Shown: positions 1 through 4,804 of the stretch, piece by piece
How the letters are laid out: each line of letters begins with the position of its first letter
How positions within the stretch are numbered: position 1 is the stretch's first letter
Virus record (IMG/VR): IMGVR_UViG_2751185973_000008
Origin: a virus
Lineage: Duplodnaviria; Heunggongvirae; Uroviricota; Caudoviricetes
DNA length: 4,804 nucleotides
Reading direction: 5' to 3' (one strand)
Notes under the pieces: model-generated
The model's database searches: none
What the model was told of the DNA's origin: nothing
What the model saw: only the letters and a program-made list of their open reading frames with translations
Program-made: the position numbers and the translations under genes

Positions 1-12
1 GCTTATAATCTG

Positions 13-285
13 GTGAGATATCAGATGATTAAAATGGCGGAACATCTGAAAGGTTACTGGCCGAATCAACTGAGTTTCTCAGAATCATGCGGAATGGTGA
101 TGAGAATGCTGATGACATTGCAGGGCGCTTCACCGGGACGTATACCGGAGCTGATGCGCGATCTTGCAAGTATGGGACAACTTGTGAAATTACCGACGAG
201 AAGGGGAAGGGCCTTCCCGAGAGTGGTAAAGGAGAGGCCCTGGAAATACCCCACAGCCCCGAAAAAGAGCCAGTCAGTTGCTTAA
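13..285 (+). CDS. Hypothetical ORF, 90 aa, no family recognised; may be the 3' end of a longer gene
   Basis: ORF track. The frame stays open back to position 1 (AYNL precedes the GTG at 13), so the ORF may continue beyond the window. It ends at TAA 283-285, and the same frame continues straight into the invertase remnant. No motif I recognise and no obvious Shine-Dalgarno upstream of 13. Confidence 0.2.
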   Translation: MRYQMIKMAEHLKGYWPNQLSFSESCGMVMRMLMTLQGASPGRIPELMRDLASMGQLVKLPTRRGRAFPRVVKERPWKYPTAPKKSQSVA

Positions 286-609
286 CTGACTGGCATTACT
301 TCTCCAATGGGGCGTTTTTTCTTCCACGTGATGGGTGCCCTGGCTGAAATGGAACGTGAATTAATTGTTGAACGTACACTGGCCGGGCTGGCGGCAGCGC
401 GCGCAAGGGGGCGCACAGGCGGACGTCGACCGAAGCTGACAAAAGAACAGCATGAGCAAATAGCAAGGCTAATCAAAAACGGGCACGACAGAAAACAACT
501 GGCAATAATTTACGGCATTGGCACATCGACGATTTATCGTTATCACCCTGTAGGCGATATACAGACTGAAGAAACAACCGGGCAGACTCAGGAAAATGAA
601 AACCGCTAA
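286..609 (+). pseudogene. 5'-truncated serine DNA invertase (Hin/Gin/Pin/Cin family); only the C-terminal ~107 codons remain
   Basis: Translation from 286 is LTGITSPMGRFFFHVMGALAEMERELIVERTLAGLAAARARGRTGGRRPKL...QLAIIYGIGTSTIYRY, which matches the conserved second half of Hin/Gin-type invertases (SPMGRFFFHVM...LAEMERELI...ERT, then the C-terminal helix-turn-helix). The N-terminal ~90 residues, including the catalytic serine region, are absent: an in-frame TAA sits at 283-285 and no upstream frame resembles an invertase N-terminus. No Shine-Dalgarno precedes the internal ATG at 307. Confidence 0.8.
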
Positions 610-628
610 TCTGACCATTAGCGGTTTT
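599..628. terminator. Bidirectional intrinsic terminator hairpin between the convergent invertase remnant and the gpU-like gene
   Basis: AAAACCGCTAAT (599-610) pairs perfectly with ATTAGCGGTTTT (617-628) around a 6-nt loop CTGACC, giving a 12-bp stem. On the plus strand it is followed by T, then GTGTT. On the minus strand it is followed by CATTTTCC. It lies about 10 nt past the U stop (640-638) and contains the invertase-fragment stop (607-609). Confidence 0.55.
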
Positions 629-637
629 TGTGTTAAA

Positions 638-1132
638 TCAGAACAGCCCTTTAACTGAACTGGCCGCGCTGTTAAGAGATGATGTCACCTTATCTTTGAA
701 GCCGGACAGCATATCACTGAACGATGAGGATTGCAGGCGCTCCCGCAAATCCTCATCACAGCGTTCAAGAGTCAGTGAAAATTCTATCTTTTTCGCCTTA
801 CCGTAGCGATCAAACTCGGAGCGGGTCGTATTCGTTTCAGTCAGGACATACATGCCGTAAATCTGCCCGACGCCATCAATCAAAGGCCAGGGTCGTCCTG
901 TATACGCCTGCGTGGTCAGCAGCGACAGCGACACTTCGCCACCTGTAATTTCAGGATAAAGCACACCAGAAAGAACGATGCGATCATCACCTGCACCGAT
1001 ATACTGCCAGCTTGCTGAACGGTTAACGCGTTCATTTTTCACATGCCGCCAGCTTTTGTTTTGCTGTAACTGCTGATGCGGCAGCGTGCGCAGCTCAAAA
1101 ACAAACATGCCGTAGATCATCATCATGGCCAT
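638..1132 (-). CDS. Phage tail protein, P2 gpU-like, 164 aa from the first ATG; the more likely start is ATG 1126, giving MMMIYG...
   Basis: ORF track. The N-terminus MAMMMIYGMFVFELRTLPHQQLQQNKSWRH resembles the gpU family as I remember it (MMM..G.FVF.L.T.P.Q.L); this is recall, not alignment. The gene sits immediately after the tape measure gene, as U does in the P2 FETUD tail operon. GAGGAG (1140-1135) overlaps the tape measure stop TGA (1141-1139); it is 2 nt from ATG 1132 and 8 nt from ATG 1126. Confidence 0.7.
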   Translation of the reverse strand: MAMMMIYGMFVFELRTLPHQQLQQNKSWRHVKNERVNRSASWQYIGAGDDRIVLSGVLYPEITGGEVSLSLLTTQAYTGRPWPLIDGVGQIYGMYVLTETNTTRSEFDRYGKAKKIEFSLTLERCDEDLRERLQSSSFSDMLSGFKDKVTSSLNSAASSVKGLF

Positions 1133-1134
1133 GA

Positions 1135-1140
1135 CTCCTC
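1135..1140 (-). promoter_or_regulatory. Shine-Dalgarno for the gpU-like gene, overlapping the tape measure stop codon (translational coupling)
   Basis: Minus strand reads GAT TGA GGAGTC ATG GCC ATG ATG ATG; the GAGGAG includes the TGA stop of the upstream gene. Confidence 0.6.
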
Positions 1141-3982
1141 AATCTTTATCGTAAAAACAGCCACGCCCGGCACGGGCGCGCCGTTCCATTTCTGCCCTGA
1201 CCATTTCACCGACCAGTTTCGCCAGTTCGCGGGGATTCTGCGTAACAACGTTATGCAGATGAACATGAATTTCACCACCAAATCCGGAGGCAACAGGCTC
1301 CCGGTTACGGGAAGTTACAGGAACTGATGCCACTGGAGATCGTATAGCCTCCGCCACCGGGCGGGAGCTGGCCGCAACAACAGGGACCAGCGCCGGAGGC
1401 AGCGGAGCCGGAACCACGGGTGTGATATTAATTGCGGGGGCAGGCTTACTGACCTGCGCAATCTTCCGCTCCTGCCACTCCCCACGAACAGCAAGTGCTC
1501 GGGGCAGGTTTTTAAAGACAATATCGCCGGGGCCAATGCGTTTTTTCGTCTCCTCAACCAGCTTACCTGTGTTATCAGCAATTTTGCTGAGTCTGCGCAG
1601 CGTACCGGTATTGCTGTCTGTGAGCGGTTTATTGTCTTTGGGGTTATCACCTCCGGTGCCATTGCCATTTTCCACAGGCTTCGGCGGATTGATTTTCGCC
1701 AGGTCCCCCTGAAGCAAGGCAACCTTGTCCTGAAGAATGGCCGCACGCTGTGCGTCTTCGATTTTCTTGCGCGCCCTTTCCGCTTCATCCGGAAGCACAC
1801 CAAGCTTTTCAAGTATCCACGCCAGCGTATCCAGCAACATTTTTGCAGGTGTCAGAACAAGTTGTAACGCACCGCCAAGAACGTTACCGAATATCTCGCC
1901 AGCACTGGTACATTTATCCAGAGTTTCCTTGCTGGACTCCATCGGTGACAGCAGCGATTTAAACCAGTTAAACACCTGGCTGATCCCACTCCCGATTGCG
2001 TCAAAAACAGGACCAAACCGTTCAAATGTTTCGCGCAACGGGGTCAGCCTTTCCATAATCCCGCTGAACACCCCGGCAAAAAATGCCCTGATGGGATCCC
2101 AGTATTTCCAGATAAGAACGGCAGCTCCGGCAAGCGCAGCCACGATAAGACCAACCGGACTGAACAACGCCCCGATAGCGCCTCCCAGTAAAGAAACGGA
2201 ACCCGTCACCATTCCCCATAGTGCTGGCAGAACCCTGACAGCATTCATTGATCCGGTCAGGAGGGAAAAACCAAGACGCAGTTTTGCCAGCGGGCCAGCA
2301 AGCACACCAATAGCCAGCGACAACGAGCCAACCGTTGCAGTCATTGCCAGCAATGCACCGCCTGCAATCAGTAGCTGGCGCGTCAGTGCGGGATGGGCCT
2401 GCGCCAGCGCCGTCACCTTTGATACCACACGCGTGAGCCACTGCGTGACAGAACGCAGCGGACCGTCAATCAGATCTGCAATGCGGATGCGCAACCCTTC
2501 CCATGCACTGCTGAGTGATTTCAGATCGCCGTCAAGGTTGTTGGCCATAACCTTTGCCGTGCGTTCAGCCTCACCGCGCGCGCCTTCAAGTTCTTTTCTC
2601 AGTTTGGGTAAGGAGCCGTCACCTGCCGCATCAACGAGGGCCATAAATGATGTGAAAGCCTCTTCTCCGGCAATGTCCTTAAAGAACGATACCCGGTCAA
2701 CTTCCCCGTATTTGCGGGTAGCTTTATAAAGGTCAGCCAGCACATCCTCCATCGGGCGCATTTTGCCCCCGGCATCCGAGACAGACACGCCAAGCTCTTT
2801 CAGCGCCTCTGCTGCCGCCTTTGGCGGTGATGCCAGACGAGCCAGGCTGGCACGCATTGCCGTACCAGCATCACTCCCCCTGATACCCATATTCGCCAGC
2901 ACGCCCGCCATCGCTGCGGCCTGCTCCAGAGATATTCCCAGCTTACCCGCCACCGGACCTGCATATTTCATGGTTTCACCCAGTGCGCGAAGGTCAGTGT
3001 TGGTACGGGTAAACGCTGCGGTGAGTGTGTCGCCGACCCGGTCCATCTGGTCAGCAGAAAGACCGAACTGCGTCAGAATATTTGAGCCAATATCCGCCGT
3101 CTCACCGAGGTCCATACCGCCAGCCGTTGCCATGCTCAGTACGCCAGGGAGCGCAGCCTGAATGGCCTGTGGTGTAAAGCCAGCCATTGCAAGAAATGCC
3201 TGTCCACTGGCGGCATCGCCTGCGGTGAACTGCGTTTCAGAGCCAAGTTTTAACGCCTGCTCACGCAGCGCCTTAAACTGCGGGCTGTTCTGGTCGATTC
3301 GCGTCAGTGCCTGAACGCGGAACATCTCTTTGCCGAACCCGATCGCAGGCTGCAAAAAACGCCCGGCAGCATAGCCGCCCGCCGCTGCCGCACCAATTGC
3401 CAGCGCACCACCTGTTTTCAGTTTTCCCGCTGTTTCCTGCGCGCGCGAATACCGCTCACGCGCCCGTGTTACACGCGCAAGCGCCTGCCGTTCGCGTTCA
3501 AGCTGGTTGTTGTACTGTTCGGTGCGTCTGATGGCCTGCTGGATGGTGTTATCGCTGCCTGTCAGGGAAATGCCGTGGCGTTTCAGCTCTCCGCCAAGCT
3601 CCCGCATTTTCTGAATTTCCCGTGTGCGCGATTCATTCAGGCGTTCAAGCCGGGTGCTTAACTGCTGCATCAGCTTTTGTTGTTTTTCGCTGAGCACTGT
3701 ACCCGTGCGTTGTAACTGATTAAGGGCGTTAAGCTGGCGTCGTGCTTTCACGATGCCCGCATCCGCTTTACTGACAGCGTCACGGGCGCGCTCAAATGAT
3801 CGCGCCTGACGCTCGAGATTTTTGATCGCCCCCTGCGTTCGCTGGATGGAGTCACCAAACTGCCCCATCAGGCGGCGGGCGTTTTCGGCAGGCCGGGTCA
3901 GCCTGTCAACGGCGCTGAAAGCGACCCGGATATCAAGAGTCTTCATTGTCTGCATTCCCGCTACGAAGTGCCGCTCGCTCAC
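1139..3982 (-). CDS. Phage tail tape measure protein, 947 aa from GTG 3982; a start at ATG 3946 (MKTLDIRVAFSAVD...) or ATG 3955 is possible
   Basis: Single 2844-nt ORF. The N-terminal third is coiled-coil-like and rich in Q/R/E/L/A. The centre has long Gly/Ala-rich hydrophobic stretches (LLIAGGALLAMTATVGSLSLAIGVLAGPL...GLIVAALAGAAVLIWKYW, about 2099-2390). The C-terminus has a Pro/Ala/Val-rich low-complexity segment (about 1315-1452). It sits directly downstream of an overlapping chaperone pair and upstream of a gpU-like gene. The only ambiguity is the start codon. Confidence 0.9.
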   Translation of the reverse strand: MSERHFVAGMQTMKTLDIRVAFSAVDRLTRPAENARRLMGQFGDSIQRTQGAIKNLERQARSFERARDAVSKADAGIVKARRQLNALNQLQRTGTVLSEKQQKLMQQLSTRLERLNESRTREIQKMRELGGELKRHGISLTGSDNTIQQAIRRTEQYNNQLERERQALARVTRARERYSRAQETAGKLKTGGALAIGAAAAGGYAAGRFLQPAIGFGKEMFRVQALTRIDQNSPQFKALREQALKLGSETQFTAGDAASGQAFLAMAGFTPQAIQAALPGVLSMATAGGMDLGETADIGSNILTQFGLSADQMDRVGDTLTAAFTRTNTDLRALGETMKYAGPVAGKLGISLEQAAAMAGVLANMGIRGSDAGTAMRASLARLASPPKAAAEALKELGVSVSDAGGKMRPMEDVLADLYKATRKYGEVDRVSFFKDIAGEEAFTSFMALVDAAGDGSLPKLRKELEGARGEAERTAKVMANNLDGDLKSLSSAWEGLRIRIADLIDGPLRSVTQWLTRVVSKVTALAQAHPALTRQLLIAGGALLAMTATVGSLSLAIGVLAGPLAKLRLGFSLLTGSMNAVRVLPALWGMVTGSVSLLGGAIGALFSPVGLIVAALAGAAVLIWKYWDPIRAFFAGVFSGIMERLTPLRETFERFGPVFDAIGSGISQVFNWFKSLLSPMESSKETLDKCTSAGEIFGNVLGGALQLVLTPAKMLLDTLAWILEKLGVLPDEAERARKKIEDAQRAAILQDKVALLQGDLAKINPPKPVENGNGTGGDNPKDNKPLTDSNTGTLRRLSKIADNTGKLVEETKKRIGPGDIVFKNLPRALAVRGEWQERKIAQVSKPAPAINITPVVPAPLPPALVPVVAASSRPVAEAIRSPVASVPVTSRNREPVASGFGGEIHVHLHNVVTQNPRELAKLVGEMVRAEMERRARAGRGCFYDKD

Positions 3983-4471
3983 GCCAGCTAACCACTTCGC
4001 AGGGCGTCATCATGAAGATTTCGGCGGGCGACCAGTTAAAAATGGCGGCAATATCCGCCACCAGATCTTCGATGTGCTCAAAGCACACCAGGGTGATTAC
4101 GCTGCCGTCTCCTGCACGCTCTTCGCGCCAGAGTCTGGCTCGCTCATAAAATTTACAGCCACAGCGCACAACTGAATAAAATCGCGTGACGACATTTTTT
4201 TAATCATCACTTCATCCAGTCGTGGCGAGGTCACGCGAGGCAACAGCGTGAACATGGTATCCGCTTTCAGATTCAGCACATCAGACAGCGACAGACCACG
4301 CAGGGATCCAGCCTGCTCAATAGCCCCGGTGATCTCCACATACGTGATTTTTTCGCCACCACGCTCAATTGGTCGGGTCAGTTTTACGCCACGTTCGACA
4401 GCCATATCCTCAACTGCCGTCACATTATCCGCCACGGTGTTATTCCGGGTTTCAGTATCGATGTCTTTCAT
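3933..4471 (-). CDS. Tail assembly chaperone fusion E+E' (gpGT analogue) made by programmed -1 ribosomal frameshift; about 179 aa if the shift is at 4154-4148
   Basis: The -1 frame relative to E is open from TAA (4202-4200) to TGA (3935-3933) and overlaps the last ~35 codons of E and the first codons of the tape measure gene. E codons start at coordinates of residue 1 mod 3 and E' codons at residue 2 mod 3, which on the minus strand is exactly a -1 shift. The in-frame heptamer A AAT TTT (4154-4148) reads AAT TTT in the E frame and AAA TTT after the slip, continuing YERARLW in E'. Confidence 0.6.
4097..4471 (-). CDS. Tail assembly chaperone, P2 gpE-like (lambda gpG analogue), 124 aa
   Basis: ORF track. 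Strong Shine-Dalgarno AGGAG (4483-4479) lies 7 nt before ATG 4471. A small ORF immediately upstream of the tape measure gene whose 3' part is overlapped by a -1 frame ORF is the conserved chaperone architecture of long-tailed phages. The translation contains SLRGLSLSDVLNLKADTMFTLLPRVTSPRL. Confidence 0.8.
   Translation of the reverse strand: MKDIDTETRNNTVADNVTAVEDMAVERGVKLTRPIERGGEKITYVEITGAIEQAGSLRGLSLSDVLNLKADTMFTLLPRVTSPRLDEVMIKKMSSRDFIQLCAVAVNFMSEPDSGAKSVQETAA
4148..4154 (-). other. Candidate -1 slippery heptamer A AAT TTT for the E to E' shift
   Basis: X XXY YYZ pattern in the correct phase within the E/E' overlap. An alternative is the A7 run at 4201-4195 (ATT AAA AAA ATG in the E frame), but the -1 frame has a TAA at 4202-4200, so the P-site re-pairing would be imperfect. 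Confidence 0.4.
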
Positions 4472-4478
4472 CTGTTGT

Positions 4479-4483
4479 CTCCT
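4479..4483 (-). promoter_or_regulatory. Shine-Dalgarno for the E-like chaperone
   Basis: Minus strand reads ACTGAAAAGGAGACAACAG ATG; AGGAG with a 7-nt spacer. Confidence 0.7.
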
Positions 4484-4526
4484 TTTCAGTCAGAGGCGAC
4501 GCACTGCGCCGCCAGCATATTACTTA

Positions 4527-4584
4527 TCAGCCAAGCCCAAGCGCGGAACGGATGCGATCGGGCACAATGTCCTTGCCGTCCTTC
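4527..4584 (-). pseudogene. Possible 3' end (last 18 codons) of a tail tube (P2 FII-like) gene cut by the IS1 insertion
   Basis: The minus-strand frame ending at TGA (4529-4527) reads KDGKDIVPDRIRSALGLG and is the most protein-like of the three frames between IS1 and E. Its position, directly upstream of E with a 55-nt gap, matches the FII-E order in P2-like tail operons. The link to FII is positional only, with a vague recollection of the family's C-terminus. Confidence 0.3.
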
Positions 4585-4607
4585 GGTGATGCTGCCAACT
4601 TACTGAT
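4585..4607 (+). repeat. IS1 left terminal inverted repeat (IRL, 23 bp)
   Basis: Exact IS1 end sequence GGTGATGCTGCCAACTTACTGAT. The flanking 9 bp on the outside are CCGTCCTTC (4576-4584). Confidence 0.9.
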
Positions 4608-4639
4608 TTAGTGTATGATGGTGTTTTTGAGGTGCTCCA

Positions 4640-4804
4640 GTGGCTTCTGTTTCTATCAGCTGTCCCTCCTGTTCAGCTACTGACGGGGTGGTGCGTAACG
4701 GCAAAAGCACTGCCGGACATCAGCGCTATCTCTGCTCTCACTGCCGTAAAACATGGCAACTGCAGTTCACTTACACCGCTTCTCAACCCGGTACGCACCA
4801 GAAA
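4640..4804 (+). CDS. insA: IS1 InsA (transposition repressor / N-terminal part of the InsAB' transposase), first 55 codons; partial
   Basis: A GTG start at 4640 is preceded by GAGGTG. Translation is [55 protein letters not shown], the InsA N-terminus with its zinc-finger cysteines. It is missing from the ORF track because it has no stop inside the window. Confidence 0.9.
   Translation, partial: MASVSISCPSCSATDGVVRNGKSTAGHQRYLCSHCRKTWQLQFTYTASQPGTHQK

Larger units (their letters stand above)
4585..4804 (+). mobile_element. IS1 insertion sequence, left 220 bp (element runs off the window end)
   Basis: 4585-4607 GGTGATGCTGCCAACTTACTGAT is the IS1 left terminal inverted repeat, followed by the characteristic TTAGTGTATGATGGTGTTTTTGAGGTGCTCCAGTGGCTTCTGTTTCTATCAGCTGTCCC leader and insA start. 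Recognised from memory of the IS1 sequence. Confidence 0.95.

Noticed and set aside
87-347. 86-aa plus-strand ORF spanning the invertase breakpoint
   Set aside because: It is out of frame with the recognisable invertase homology that starts at 286 and has no recognisable motif.
66-476. Minus-strand ORFs (66-254, 282-476) considered as a possible gpD-like gene after U
   Set aside because: They are too short (62-64 aa), overlap the invertase fragment antisense, and show no resemblance to a tail protein; gpD is therefore taken to be absent from the window.
286-609. Possibility of an intact, functional invertase with an adjacent invertible segment
   Set aside because: The catalytic N-terminal domain is missing, with a TAA stop directly before the homology and no invertase-like sequence in any upstream frame. 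I could not identify a hix/gix-like crossover site, and none would be expected inside the gene.
1315-1812. 165-aa minus-strand ORF in an alternate frame
   Set aside because: It is nested inside the tape measure gene on the same strand in a different frame, and it is Arg/Trp/Cys-rich nonsense typical of off-frame translation.
1737-2729. 330-aa plus-strand ORF (Ser/Ala/Pro-rich)
   Set aside because: It lies entirely antisense to the tape measure gene. Its composition is low-complexity, as expected for the reverse frame of a GC-rich, Ala/Gly-rich coding region, and it has no start context.
2022-3161. Additional ORFs of 130-140 aa (2022-2441 minus, 2763-3161 plus)
   Set aside because: Both overlap the tape measure gene out of frame or antisense, and the tape measure ORF explains the region completely.
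4495-4513. GC-rich near-palindrome GGCGGCGCAGTGCGTCGCC between the tail tube stub and E
   Set aside because: The two halves are almost adjacent, so there is no viable loop, and no U-tract follows; it is not a convincing terminator or operator.
4472-4584. Sigma-70-like promoter upstream of E (TAATAT near 4518)
   Set aside because: No acceptable -35 element at 16-18 bp spacing. P2-type late operons are driven from a promoter upstream of the sheath gene, so an internal promoter here is not supported.
4248-4611. Plus-strand ORFs of 113 and 80 aa
   Set aside because: They are antisense to the well-supported E gene and run across the IS1 boundary into the IS1 terminal repeat, so they cannot be a conserved gene.
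1-4804. CRISPR arrays, tRNA or rRNA genes, or a type VI secretion or tailocin locus
   Set aside because: No short direct-repeat and spacer periodicity and no tRNA-like structures were seen. The frameshifted chaperone pair plus a tape measure gene indicates a phage tail rather than a type VI secretion system, and the window alone cannot distinguish a tailocin from a prophage remnant.

Overview
This window is mostly a minus-strand tail-gene block of a P2-like contractile-tail prophage, cut off at both ends, and I see no convincing evidence of a novel system. Reading in the direction of transcription (high to low coordinates), the block holds an 18-codon stub that may be the 3' end of a tail tube gene (4527-4584), the tail assembly chaperone pair E and E+E' with a probable programmed -1 frameshift (4097-4471, fusion to 3933), a 947-codon tail tape measure gene (1139-3982), and a gpU-like tail gene (638-1132). 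Upstream, the block is interrupted by an IS1 copy: its left inverted repeat starts at 4585 and the 5' part of insA runs off the window end. Downstream, a hairpin terminator (599-628) is followed by a convergent DNA invertase remnant (Hin/Gin/Pin/Cin family, 286-609) that lacks its catalytic N-terminal half. No gpD-like gene follows U. The picture is a decaying prophage tail module in an IS1-bearing enterobacterial genome. All family assignments are from reading the translations and from memory of these families; nothing was searched against a database.
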